The notes under the pieces are model-generated. The model was not told the DNA's origin and made no database searches. It worked only from the letters and a program-made list of their open reading frames with translations. Shown here piece after piece: positions 38,028-47,956 of a DNA stretch of 64,000 bases (the first letter of the stretch is position 1; every line of letters starts with the position of its first letter). The position numbers were made by a program, and so were the translations under genes. This DNA comes from an uncultured Candidatus Saccharibacteria bacterium. Lineage in GTDB: Bacteria; Patescibacteriota; Minisyncoccia; Phycocordibacterales; UBA918. The stretch covers positions 171,828-235,827 of the forward strand of contig CAZXUO010000001.1 in the NCBI GenBank assembly GCA_964643955.1. The letters run 5' to 3'.

Positions 38028-39815
38028 CTAGTTGGCGAATCGTCGGAGTGCGAAGCCTGCGCCAAGAATTGCGAGGAGTGCGAAGACTGATACAAGTGAT
38101 GTATCACCTGAAGTGCCTCCTGCACCCGCATTTGGTGCGCCAATCGGCATAATTTCCGTCTGCACGCCGAGAACCTGCGGTACTGGCTCGTCATCGTCAG
38201 AGCTTGAAGACGAGCGACGTGAACCTCCACCCCCACCTCCTCCGCCGCCACCTGAGTCATTGAGACCAAAGTGTGCAACGAGGTCAATATTTCCGCTCAT
38301 AACCACCGTACATGGCGTCGTATTGCCGATGCAGGTACCTGAGCCCGTTGTCCAGCTATTATCGAAGTTTGAGCCTTCGTTTGGAGTCACCACAAGCGTA
38401 ACTTCGGTTCCTTCTGGGTATGTTTCAGAGCAGTCATTCTCTTCATTTTCGCCCGTAAGACAGAAGATTGTCGTCGTCGCCACTTCGGTCTCATTACCCT
38501 CGATTTTTCCGTGACCATCGCCCGTTGTCGTAATCGTGAGTGTATAGCGACCATCACCGTCTCCATCACCGTCTCCATCTCCGTCGCCACCACCGTTTGT
38601 TGGCACCTCAGTACAGTCTACTTCGGTATTGCCGGTAAGTGTCATCTTGTAGAGGAGACCTGCTGGATTTGATTCAGTTGTCCCCCCTTCAAGCGCCCAG
38701 TTTTTCACTTCGATTGAGAGCGTATTTTCGCCCATAATTATTTCGCCACCAAATCCAGTGTAATTGGTCGATGTTCCGAAGTTATCTTCAACGCCACTCG
38801 ATGCAATCTCTGTACCATTAAGCTTCACCGAGTATGAGTTGTCAGCTGCTATATCGAGCACAGAGGCTGTCACGGGACCGTTCCAATCGAAGGTTTTCGT
38901 AAATGTCTGAATCGTCTCGTTGACCGGATCGACAACGGGATCATCACCCCAGATCCATGATGCACCATCGATTACTGCGTCCCATGCATCGTGGATGAAT
39001 GAAACAAGTACTGCCGCAGCACCATCTTCAGTATTTGTCGTGTCACTCACGATCGTGACCGAACACATCTGTGGTTCTGGATCGGTGTCATCAGGCTGTG
39101 CAATGAGACAAAGTTCGACATGATCAAGCAATGTACCCGATGCATTTGATACACCCTGATCCTCAAACGCGATCTCAGTTGACAAGCCGTCAGCAACAAA
39201 CGTCTCCTCATAGAATGACCAATCTGTATCAGAATTACCGGTACCGTCTGCTGTTATTGAGTTTTTCTCAATACCATCTATAAATACACCGAGAATGTTT
39301 TCACTCTCATCCGTTCCGGGTAGTGGAGAAAAAAAGAATTTCAATGCATACGTACCACCCAAAATCGTAGGGACGTCTTGCATAATTCGAACCGATGGCT
39401 GCTCATTCGGACCGTCATCAATACCGGGACCACTCCAATCTGAATCAAGTTCAGTGTAGTAATCACCATGATATGCGCTCCACCAACCTGTATTCCCATT
39501 GTCGATCTCAATATTTGCGGTCTCCGGTGCGCCATCAACATCATGCACCCATCCTGCCTCCCACTCGACACCGTTAGTACCTGATGGTATTACCTCCCAC
39601 TCCTCAATCAAAATATCATCGTCATCAAATGTCTGATCTTCAAAAGAACCGTTTTTGATAAGATTCTCTCCATACACGAGACACTGTGTGCCTTCGGTCT
39701 CGTGCTGCACGCCGGCGTAAACCGGATTAGAGAAAGTACCAGAAAAGACCATCGCAGATACCAGTAAAAATACTCCTACCTTCCGGACTCCAGAGGAAAT
39801 CATAACCGTATTCAT
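38028..39815 (-). CDS. Cell-surface protein (595 aa) carrying a (GD)n linker, a poly-Gly/Ser tract, a PQVLG motif, and a C-terminal hydrophobic anchor followed by a basic RRFAN tail
   Basis: The C-terminal architecture (hydrophobic segment followed by RR) resembles a sortase sorting signal, but no canonical LPXTG is present. Confidence 0.5.
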   Translation of the reverse strand: MNTVMISSGVRKVGVFLLVSAMVFSGTFSNPVYAGVQHETEGTQCLVYGENLIKNGSFEDQTFDDDDILIEEWEVIPSGTNGVEWEAGWVHDVDGAPETANIEIDNGNTGWWSAYHGDYYTELDSDWSGPGIDDGPNEQPSVRIMQDVPTILGGTYALKFFFSPLPGTDESENILGVFIDGIEKNSITADGTGNSDTDWSFYEETFVADGLSTEIAFEDQGVSNASGTLLDHVELCLIAQPDDTDPEPQMCSVTIVSDTTNTEDGAAAVLVSFIHDAWDAVIDGASWIWGDDPVVDPVNETIQTFTKTFDWNGPVTASVLDIAADNSYSVKLNGTEIASSGVEDNFGTSTNYTGFGGEIIMGENTLSIEVKNWALEGGTTESNPAGLLYKMTLTGNTEVDCTEVPTNGGGDGDGDGDGDGDGRYTLTITTTGDGHGKIEGNETEVATTTIFCLTGENEENDCSETYPEGTEVTLVVTPNEGSNFDNSWTTGSGTCIGNTTPCTVVMSGNIDLVAHFGLNDSGGGGGGGGGGSRRSSSSSDDDEPVPQVLGVQTEIMPIGAPNAGAGGTSGDTSLVSVFALLAILGAGFALRRFAN

Positions 39816-39891
39816 ACAGAAATATTATAAGTGGTTAACCCAAACGTGACGCCGTTCTAGCATATTTTGGGTTAACCCGCAACACCAAGGA

Positions 39892-41292
39892 TCAGATGTC
39901 GAAAAGACGCTCGACCAAACCGCGATTTGAAAGCGACACGAGGTATACAGTATCAGGATCAACAAAAATACCCGCTAGACCCATGTATTGCCAGCGATAC
40001 GAATCTTGGATGGTACGACGCATGGTAATTGAACTACGGGTAAGGTCGTAGACAATCAGGCCAGTTGGCGCCGTCGCTTGTACGACCGTTGAGCCACGTA
40101 CAACTGAGTCTGATTCCCGCACAATAGAGGGAAGATCAGTACGCGCTACGATGGTGCTTCCCGAATTATTTATTACATACCCGAAACCACCACCTGCTGC
40201 GTATGATCCCTGCACAAAAAATGCATCGATACCAGGGACGTACGCGACGTTATAAGTGTAATACTTCACTCCCGAAGTAATCTTTGTTGGAGCTTTTGTA
40301 AGCATACCGGTTGCAGGATCAAGTGCTGCAACATAGAGATCAACTGCAGTCGACCCAGGGACGAATCGTTGCCAGACAAGTAGGGCAGTTTGAGGTGATC
40401 CTGCAACAACAGGCCACCAATCACGTTCGTTACCAACAGAAACATTCACGGTGCGCTCAAGAGAACCATCGTTCTTTATGATTGCCGCATAGACGTCGTC
40501 TCCTGAACCGAGCCCATCGACACCTCCACCATCTACCCATCCTTCAGAGAAAAATACGACAAATTTATTACCGACTGCAGAGACGTGCCCCGAATGACCT
40601 CCCTCCATTACTGTTTGCGGGTATGATTTACGTACTCCAAGTTCCGAATCAAAAACCGCGTATCGTTGAGAAACTTCATACGAAGTATCCCACCCATCTT
40701 CGGTTGTAACGAGAATATTCCCATTTTGTGCAATGGCTGCGCTTGCTGGCTCCTGTGCTTCAGGCTTTGAGATGAGTGTTTGGGGAATAATTACTGGAGC
40801 ACGAGGATCAATAATGGACGCGTATATATCGTGAGTCCAATTCCAATCCTGTTTCGGATCTGCTCCTTTCGGAGGATTCCCCGAACTCGACCAAATGAGA
40901 TAGTGAGTTCCATCTGATCGAGGAAGAAAAGAAATTCCATGCTGAAACTCTCGAAGATCATCAGATGAAGGAGCGTCTTTTGCATTGTTGTAATAAGAAC
41001 TATTGTTACTGAGCTTTACCGAGATATGTGAGCCTGCAGCATCGGGCATGACATTAGGCGCAGCTTCTTCGGTATCTGATGTTTCCGTCATAATAACTTC
41101 CGTAGGATTCTCTACATTTTCCTCGACCTCAGTTTCAATCTCGCTCTCTGGAAGAATCGGTACAACCACAGACAAATCTTCTGCCGTATCTACATACTCC
41201 TCTCCCGGTGCATTCAATCTCTCATAATATGCAAAGGCACCCACCAAAACAGTGGATGCCAATACAATGCCGAGTGCTGCTTTTCGTACCAT
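39892..41292 (-). CDS. Hypothetical secreted or membrane-anchored protein (466 aa)
   Basis: An N-terminal TM segment with a Gly/Ser/Thr-rich body. No family recognised. Confidence 0.4.
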   Translation of the reverse strand: MVRKAALGIVLASTVLVGAFAYYERLNAPGEEYVDTAEDLSVVVPILPESEIETEVEENVENPTEVIMTETSDTEEAAPNVMPDAAGSHISVKLSNNSSYYNNAKDAPSSDDLREFQHGISFLPRSDGTHYLIWSSSGNPPKGADPKQDWNWTHDIYASIIDPRAPVIIPQTLISKPEAQEPASAAIAQNGNILVTTEDGWDTSYEVSQRYAVFDSELGVRKSYPQTVMEGGHSGHVSAVGNKFVVFFSEGWVDGGGVDGLGSGDDVYAAIIKNDGSLERTVNVSVGNERDWWPVVAGSPQTALLVWQRFVPGSTAVDLYVAALDPATGMLTKAPTKITSGVKYYTYNVAYVPGIDAFFVQGSYAAGGGFGYVINNSGSTIVARTDLPSIVRESDSVVRGSTVVQATAPTGLIVYDLTRSSITMRRTIQDSYRWQYMGLAGIFVDPDTVYLVSLSNRGLVERLFDI

Positions 41293-41339
41293 GAGTACTT
41301 ACGATACCGCACCTGTAGGTATCGTCAACGGAGTAGGTC

Positions 41340-43286
41340 CTATTCAACAAACATTTCCACACCATCAATATACGCATGCCCAACTGAACCTGCAGTGAGG
41401 TACACCTGGAGGGAAGCCTGAGTGACTTCTGCAGATGTCGGAGTATACACGTACGATTCATCAATGGTGAAACTGGTGCCTGTCTGACCGAGCCATTTTC
41501 CAGAAATCCAGTTGTCGTCCATATCGTATTCATCCATGTAGAATCCGAGTTCTCCTGACGTAAGATCGTTTGCGTTCGTGACGAAACGGACACCGTAGCG
41601 CGTGTTGAAGTCAACATCAATCTTCTTGCCGAAGACATGCGTCGCAGCATCATTACCTGTCATTTTTAATGCTGCATCCGGAGTTGGATATGCACCATTG
41701 CGTCCCATATCTATTTCAGCAAAATCAGCGTCACTCACCATCCATGAATCAGAGAGTCCATCCTCAAAACTTCCGTTCTCTACCATATTTGACCCAAACT
41801 CAAGCATCTCCTTCACTGTCTTTGCCTTAATACCGCGTGCTTCAAAAGCCTCCATGAGTGTCTCGAGCTTCTCAGTCGTCCATACATACTCGTATAGATT
41901 CTCCTCAGGAACAGTCACCGCAAATTCATGGAAGACAAGGACGAGCCAATGATCATTCTCAACGGCCGCATCAATGTGTACTTCAATCTCTTCAACTGTC
42001 GTACTGGTATGTACAGGGACAACATGGAGAAGATACTTATTGAACGGCCATTTGTTGAGGGAAACATGATTGAACGTTCGGTGGGAGTTGAAATTCTTTA
42101 TGACTTCAGCGAGCACATTTATGTCATATGCCCCATATGGTGAAGCGAAATTTTCTCCCAAAAATCCGTGATCTTCAAGATCCTCAATACTTTGCTCAAG
42201 TTCCTGGGTCACCTCTTCGGGCGATAGTGTCGGCAATTCCGCATGGGTGACGGTATGTGCACCCATTTCGACGTCAATCATGTGGAGACTGTCGAGGTCT
42301 GCCCATGTCATATGCCCTTCGGTACCGATTTGGCCTGTTGGAACATAAAGTGTCGCCTTCTGCTTGAACTGCTGAAGAACCGGAGCTGCGTACAGATATT
42401 GCGAAATGACCGCATCGTCGAACGTCAATGTGACGCCACCCTTTACAAACGGATTCTCAACAGGATCTACGTCAGGCGTATTGTCGAACGTAAGTGTAAC
42501 AATAGACGTCGTTGCCACATTAAGCGCATGATCGATTGCTGAAGCGTAAATAGTGTACTCACCGTCCGCAAAGAAAGCGGTATCAAGCGAAACGCTTGAT
42601 GGAGACGTGGTAGCAGCATCCCCAAAAGTAACTCCACCGACGAAGAATTGAATCTCTTTAAGGCCGCTCGTCACCTGACCAAGTACCACTGGATCAGTCG
42701 AAGACGCTTCGAGCGAAATAACTCCCGAGACCGTAGCACTTACCGAAGGAGCGATAAGTGTAATGATAGGTGTGGTCGTATCAGCATCATCAGTAGGGAC
42801 AGGCTCTTCTTCACCGCCAGAGTCAGTTGTTGTGCCGGTATTAACCTCTTCATTTGAACTTGAGCCACCACCTCCACCCGAACGTCGGCGCGGCTTCTTT
42901 TCCCCGGTCGTATCATCAGAAGTATCACCCGCATCCGCTACTGTCGTTGTTCCTGCAACCGTAGGAACGGGAGAATTCGCAAAAAAATCAAAAGGTTCTT
43001 CAAAAAGTGGACCATTCAATAGCGTAGACGAAACGTCAGACGGATTTGAAGACTCTTGTTCTTCTTCCACATCTTCATCGTCTGTTTCTTCTGAAGCTGG
43101 ATCTACATCGTTAACATCTGAAAATTCAACTGAAGCAGTCTGATCATCCGACCTCTCGAACATACCTGCATTAAGAAACAGGAAACCTACAAAAAACAGT
43201 ATCGCGACAGAGAGTGCTCCTGCCGTATACCACAACTTCTTATTATCTTCTTTTTTAAAAATATTATTCATAGCTTCTTTGTACAC
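41340..43286 (-). CDS. Polysaccharide deacetylase (CE4, NodB homology; IcaB/PgaB-like) with an N-terminal TM segment and a C-terminal beta-sandwich domain
   Basis: NodB motifs TLTFDDA, HTVTHAEL and ASPYG. The acidic linker near the N-terminus is rich in Asp and Thr. Confidence 0.7.
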   Translation of the reverse strand: MYKEAMNNIFKKEDNKKLWYTAGALSVAILFFVGFLFLNAGMFERSDDQTASVEFSDVNDVDPASEETDDEDVEEEQESSNPSDVSSTLLNGPLFEEPFDFFANSPVPTVAGTTTVADAGDTSDDTTGEKKPRRRSGGGGGSSSNEEVNTGTTTDSGGEEEPVPTDDADTTTPIITLIAPSVSATVSGVISLEASSTDPVVLGQVTSGLKEIQFFVGGVTFGDAATTSPSSVSLDTAFFADGEYTIYASAIDHALNVATTSIVTLTFDNTPDVDPVENPFVKGGVTLTFDDAVISQYLYAAPVLQQFKQKATLYVPTGQIGTEGHMTWADLDSLHMIDVEMGAHTVTHAELPTLSPEEVTQELEQSIEDLEDHGFLGENFASPYGAYDINVLAEVIKNFNSHRTFNHVSLNKWPFNKYLLHVVPVHTSTTVEEIEVHIDAAVENDHWLVLVFHEFAVTVPEENLYEYVWTTEKLETLMEAFEARGIKAKTVKEMLEFGSNMVENGSFEDGLSDSWMVSDADFAEIDMGRNGAYPTPDAALKMTGNDAATHVFGKKIDVDFNTRYGVRFVTNANDLTSGELGFYMDEYDMDDNWISGKWLGQTGTSFTIDESYVYTPTSAEVTQASLQVYLTAGSVGHAYIDGVEMFVE

Positions 43287-43295
43287 TTGGTAATG

Positions 43296-43538
43296 TTATT
43301 GATTTATCTGTAAACCCAGGTCGTGTATGCTCACCTGACGCAACGCACCCTTATATTTCCTGAGATTTATAAAAAATCTGATGAGCATGAGTACTGAGAG
43401 CCCAAACGAGATTATTGTAAAGATTAGAAATATCCGTGCCAAAATGATATTGCCGGAAGAGTTTAGCAAAAAAGCCGTCGCGACCGCGAGCGGCATCGAT
43501 GACAAAGTTGAGATCACTGTCCCTCCGTGCAGATTCAT
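43296..43538 (-). CDS. Small two-TM membrane protein, positioned like IcaD/PgaD
   Basis: 80 aa with two hydrophobic helices, lying between the processive GT2 and the CE4 deacetylase. Confidence 0.35.
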   Translation of the reverse strand: MNLHGGTVISTLSSMPLAVATAFLLNSSGNIILARIFLIFTIISFGLSVLMLIRFFINLRKYKGALRQVSIHDLGLQINQ

Positions 43539-43607
43539 AGTCGTACCGAATTACTACACGACCTGTGTATCATGCTTTCTTGGCTTTGGCAAGTTTTAGA
43601 AAGTATT

Positions 43608-44846
43608 TTACCCACTTCGTGTGCCCCATCCTTTTGTATATCCCACTTTAAGGAACATCTTCCTAAGACCACGCATAAATGACGTATCCGGGATTGATAC
43701 GCTCACTACATTAAACAACCAAAATAGATATGACCCCAGTAACACAAGCGTTAATAAATTCGCATATATAAATTCCGGCACGAGTGATATTCGAAGCAAC
43801 CAATCTATACGATCCTTATCAGCATAAAACTTCATGAGCCAAAGCTGGAAACTATACCAAAGAATAACTTGAGCGAGTGAGAGCGCAATAATACATTGAA
43901 ATATCACATGTGACATCACCCCTCTTTCTGCAAACATATACGACACGATAATAAGAAAGAGTGTCCCCACAAACATGACATGCCCGATAATATCCTGGAT
44001 GATACCCGGTGCGAACTTCATCTCCGACACAACGGTTACACCTCCATAGACCCATCGTGTGCGTTGTCTCCATAGATGGGAAAATCTTGCAGGCACTTCA
44101 GTCCATGCGTATGCATGTGGCGCAAGGCGGACATGCCAACCGAGAGACTTAATACGAGAAGTAATCTCATAATCCTCGATAAGGTGCCCTTCTTTAAAGC
44201 CTCCGACCGCATAGAGCACGTCCGCACGAAATGCCGTAAGCATACCGTGCATAACGAGCGGACCATAAAAAAATCCTTCGTCGGCAAGGCGTGTTGCGTT
44301 AAAACCAAGGTATTCAAGCCCCTGAAGGCGGGTCAAGAAATTAGCATTCTTATTGAGCACGCGACATTGCGAACATGCTGCGCCGATACGCTCATCGGAA
44401 AGCACGCCATGTACGAGTGCCTTCACTGTGTTTCTATCGACAACGACATCATCATCGAGTGTAAGAATAATATCGGGACGCACGCCGGCATCTCGCATAG
44501 AAAAAAGTGCATAATTTATTGCACCTGCCTTCATCTTATTAACAGGAGTCCGAAGCAATGTCACCCGATCCGACATCTTTGCTATTGAAGCAAAATAAGC
44601 GTACTCATGTTCATACGACTCTGGAGTACAGTCATCAACAACGTAAATGCACAATTCGTCGTTCCAACGAAGAAGGTCAGAAACGAGCTTTACAGTGAGT
44701 GGACCGGGCTTAAATGAAGGAATGATGGCGACAACAGCACAAGGATGTGATGTTGCTGACTGCACCTTGTTTTGAAATCGGTGAGGAACAACAAAACTCG
44801 CAATATGCTGCATTGACGAAATTGAGTTTTGTGAAAAATCACCCAT
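43608..44846 (-). CDS. Processive GT2 polysaccharide synthase (IcaA/PgaC/NodC-like)
   Basis: VVDDC, LDDDVVV, EDYEIT and RQRTRW (QxxRW-type) motifs, plus C-terminal TM helices. Confidence 0.7.
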   Translation of the reverse strand: MGDFSQNSISSMQHIASFVVPHRFQNKVQSATSHPCAVVAIIPSFKPGPLTVKLVSDLLRWNDELCIYVVDDCTPESYEHEYAYFASIAKMSDRVTLLRTPVNKMKAGAINYALFSMRDAGVRPDIILTLDDDVVVDRNTVKALVHGVLSDERIGAACSQCRVLNKNANFLTRLQGLEYLGFNATRLADEGFFYGPLVMHGMLTAFRADVLYAVGGFKEGHLIEDYEITSRIKSLGWHVRLAPHAYAWTEVPARFSHLWRQRTRWVYGGVTVVSEMKFAPGIIQDIIGHVMFVGTLFLIIVSYMFAERGVMSHVIFQCIIALSLAQVILWYSFQLWLMKFYADKDRIDWLLRISLVPEFIYANLLTLVLLGSYLFWLFNVVSVSIPDTSFMRGLRKMFLKVGYTKGWGTRSG

Positions 44847-44966
44847 ATAAATATAGATAAAAGAAAGATTGGCTTCGACACGACGGTACAGATTTTTTTG
44901 TAAAAGTCAAGAGACGGTGTCGGAAAATACTGACAAATTGGCGCTCATACAAAGAGCGAAGGAGGT

Positions 44967-47210
44967 ATGCTACTATCGAGAAATATGGACGAAAAAAATA
45001 CGCTGGCAACTCCGCCAATCCCCGAAGAATTCCTCAAACCGTACGATGCACGTGCGCTTGAAGATGCCACCTATGTTGCATGGGAAGAGAGCGGGTACTT
45101 CAACCCTGATATTTGTATTGAAAAAGGCGTGACAAAGCCCGACGCCGAGCCATTTGCGATTGTCCTCCCTCCTCCAAATGTCACTGGAATCCTCCACATG
45201 GGACATGCAGCGATGCTCGCGGTCGAAGATATTTTCATCCGTTTCGCGCGCATGCAGGGTAAGCGCACGCTCTGGATTCCTGGTACCGACTCCGCGGCAA
45301 TCGCTACCCAGTCGAAAGTTGAAAGCATCATATATAAAGAGGAAAACAAGACCCGCTACGATTACGGTCGCGAGGAATTTCTCAAGAAAGTAAATGCTTT
45401 TGCGCTCGAAAGCCAGAGTATGATCTTGAGCCAGCTCCGCAAGATGGGCTCATCGCTTGATTGGTCGCGCCTCGCGTACACACTTGACGACACCCGCTAC
45501 AAAGCGGTAATGGAGGCGTTTGTTCGAATGTACAACGCCGGGCTCATCTACCGCGGCATGCGCATCGTCAACTGGGATCCAAAAATGCAAACGACCGTCT
45601 CTGACGATGAGGTTGATCATGAGGAAGTCACTGAGTCCCTCTACTATCTAAAATACGGACCATTTACGATCGCGACCGCGCGACCTGAAACAAAGTTTGG
45701 AGACAAGTATGTCGTGATGCACCCAGAGGACGAGCGCTATAACGCATGGGAGCATGGCCAAAAAATAGAACTCGAGTGGATTAACGGCCCCATTACCGCA
45801 ACCGTCATAAAAGACGCGGCGATTGATATGGAATTTGGTACGGGCGTCATGACGATCACCCCTTGGCACGACCTCGCTGACTTTGAAATTGCTGAACGTC
45901 ACAAACTTGAAAAAGAGCAGGTGATCGACTACAACGGCAAGCTGCTTCCCATTGCAGGAGAAGAATTTGCAGGGCTCCACATCAAGAAAGCGCGGCCACT
46001 CATTGTCGAAAAGCTCAAGGAAAAAGGCCTCGTTGAGAAAATCGATGAGAAATACACGCACAACGTAGCGACCAACAGTCGCGGCGGTGGCATGATCGAA
46101 CCACAAATCAAAATGCAGTGGTTTGTTGCGGTTGATAAAGAGTTCACTATTCCCCATTCTGAAATCGCAGGAATCGAGAGTGGTTCGATGACCACACTCA
46201 AGCGCCTCATGCGCGCTGCAGTAGAAGGGGGACAAGTAAAAATCACGCCGGACAATTTTGAAAAAATCTACTATCACTGGATAGAAAACCTGCACGACTG
46301 GTGCATCTCACGCCAGATTTGGTTTGGACACCGCATCCCGGTGTGGTATCGCGGTGATGAGATCTTCTGCGGAACAGGAGCGCCCGATGGCGACGGATGG
46401 GAGCAAGACTCCGACACGCTCGATACGTGGTTCTCCTCTGGTCTTTGGACATTCTCGACACTCGGCTGGCCAGAAAAAACACTTGATCTTGAGACCTATC
46501 ACCCGACCGCGATCCTTGAGACCGGCCACGATATTCTTTTCTTCTGGGTTGCACGCATGGTCCTTATGTCGGGCTTTCACCTTGGTACCGTACCGTTTAA
46601 AGATGTGTACCTCCACGGCATGGTGCGCGACGGACAAGGACGCAAGATGTCGAAATCCCTCGGTAACATCATCGACCCTGTCGATATGATCACAAAGTAT
46701 GGCGCTGACGCGACCCGCCTCTCGCTCATTATTGGCGCGACGCCCGGCACGGACATCAAACTTTCTGAAGACAAAGTCCGCGGCTACAAACATTTTGCAA
46801 ACAAGCTCTGGAATATCACACGCTTTGTTCTCACCAATACCGCCGGTGCCTCACTTCAAAAACCTGCGGCACTTCCGGCACGCGATGAAGAAATACTTGC
46901 GACACTTGGCGCAACAGTTGCTGAAATCACTAAAGACATCGAGGAATATCGCCTCTACATGGCAGGAGAAAAAGCGTATCACTATGTCTGGCACGAATTT
47001 GCCGACATCATCCTCGAAGAATCAAAGGCGATCCTTCAGAGCGAAGATGCAAATGCAAAAGCTGCGCGCCAGTATGTGCTCTACACATGTCTTACCACCT
47101 CACTCAAACTCCTCCACCCTTTCATGCCGTTTGTGACCGAAGCAATCTGGCAACGACTTCCCAAAAAAGACGCCGACATGCTCATTGTTGCGCCGTGGCC
47201 AAAAGCCTAG
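44967..47210 (+). CDS. valS: Valyl-tRNA synthetase (short form, lacking the C-terminal coiled-coil)
   Basis: PPPNVTGILHMGHA (HIGH) and RKMSKSLGN (KMSKS) motifs. The CP1 insertion between the two motifs has typical ValRS length. Confidence 0.75.
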   Translation: MLLSRNMDEKNTLATPPIPEEFLKPYDARALEDATYVAWEESGYFNPDICIEKGVTKPDAEPFAIVLPPPNVTGILHMGHAAMLAVEDIFIRFARMQGKRTLWIPGTDSAAIATQSKVESIIYKEENKTRYDYGREEFLKKVNAFALESQSMILSQLRKMGSSLDWSRLAYTLDDTRYKAVMEAFVRMYNAGLIYRGMRIVNWDPKMQTTVSDDEVDHEEVTESLYYLKYGPFTIATARPETKFGDKYVVMHPEDERYNAWEHGQKIELEWINGPITATVIKDAAIDMEFGTGVMTITPWHDLADFEIAERHKLEKEQVIDYNGKLLPIAGEEFAGLHIKKARPLIVEKLKEKGLVEKIDEKYTHNVATNSRGGGMIEPQIKMQWFVAVDKEFTIPHSEIAGIESGSMTTLKRLMRAAVEGGQVKITPDNFEKIYYHWIENLHDWCISRQIWFGHRIPVWYRGDEIFCGTGAPDGDGWEQDSDTLDTWFSSGLWTFSTLGWPEKTLDLETYHPTAILETGHDILFFWVARMVLMSGFHLGTVPFKDVYLHGMVRDGQGRKMSKSLGNIIDPVDMITKYGADATRLSLIIGATPGTDIKLSEDKVRGYKHFANKLWNITRFVLTNTAGASLQKPAALPARDEEILATLGATVAEITKDIEEYRLYMAGEKAYHYVWHEFADIILEESKAILQSEDANAKAARQYVLYTCLTTSLKLLHPFMPFVTEAIWQRLPKKDADMLIVAPWPKA

Positions 47211-47265
47211 GGATATCCTCCATTGATCCATATCCCGCACAAACCCTCTGCTACAATACTAGTGC

Positions 47266-47949
47266 ATGGACTGGTTCTATATCTCAATTGCACTTGCTGC
47301 AGGTTTAGTTCCTGCGCTTTTTTGGCTCTGGTTTTGGCTTCGTGAAGATAAAGCACGACCCGAGCCGCGCACACTCATTATTTCCTCATTCCTCGCAGGC
47401 ATGCTCGTCGTTCCTGCAGTGTTGCCACTACAAAAATTTGCCACACAACGTTTCTCGGGTGACGAACTGATTTTTGTATGGGTCGTTATCGAAGAAGTGC
47501 TGAAATACAGCGCAGCGCTCATTGTTGTGCTTTGGAACAAAGCGGTCGATGAGCCAATCGACGCAATTATCTACATGATTACGATTGCACTCGGCTTCTC
47601 TGCACTTGAGAATGCGCTCTTCATTTTCAATCCATTGGTCGCCGGACAATTTATCGAGTCAATCATCACCGGACATTTCCGTTTTCTTGGTGCAACTTTG
47701 CTTCACGTACTCGCATCCGGCACCGTTGGTGTGTTGATGGCATTTGCATTTTATAAACGAAAAGCGGTGCGTATTGCGTATGCAACGTTTGGGTTATTCA
47801 TAGCCATTGCATTGCATGCGCTATTCAACTTTTCTATAATGGGAGCACGCGGAGAGACTATACTTTCGGTCTTCCTACTTGTCTGGATTGGCATCATCAT
47901 ACTCTTCCTTATTTTTGAAAAAGTTAAGCGCATCGCGCGACCTCGATAA
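47266..47949 (+). CDS. PrsW-family intramembrane protease-like protein
   Basis: A multi-TM protein with an EEVLKY (EExxK) motif and a conserved His-containing helix. Confidence 0.45.
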   Translation: MDWFYISIALAAGLVPALFWLWFWLREDKARPEPRTLIISSFLAGMLVVPAVLPLQKFATQRFSGDELIFVWVVIEEVLKYSAALIVVLWNKAVDEPIDAIIYMITIALGFSALENALFIFNPLVAGQFIESIITGHFRFLGATLLHVLASGTVGVLMAFAFYKRKAVRIAYATFGLFIAIALHALFNFSIMGARGETILSVFLLVWIGIIILFLIFEKVKRIARPR

Positions 47950-47956
47950 CATAGCT

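Noticed and set aside
38028-39815. Calling the 595-aa surface protein a canonical LPXTG sortase substrate
   Set aside because: No LPXTG or LAXTG precedes the C-terminal hydrophobic segment. It is reported only as a candidate non-canonical substrate.
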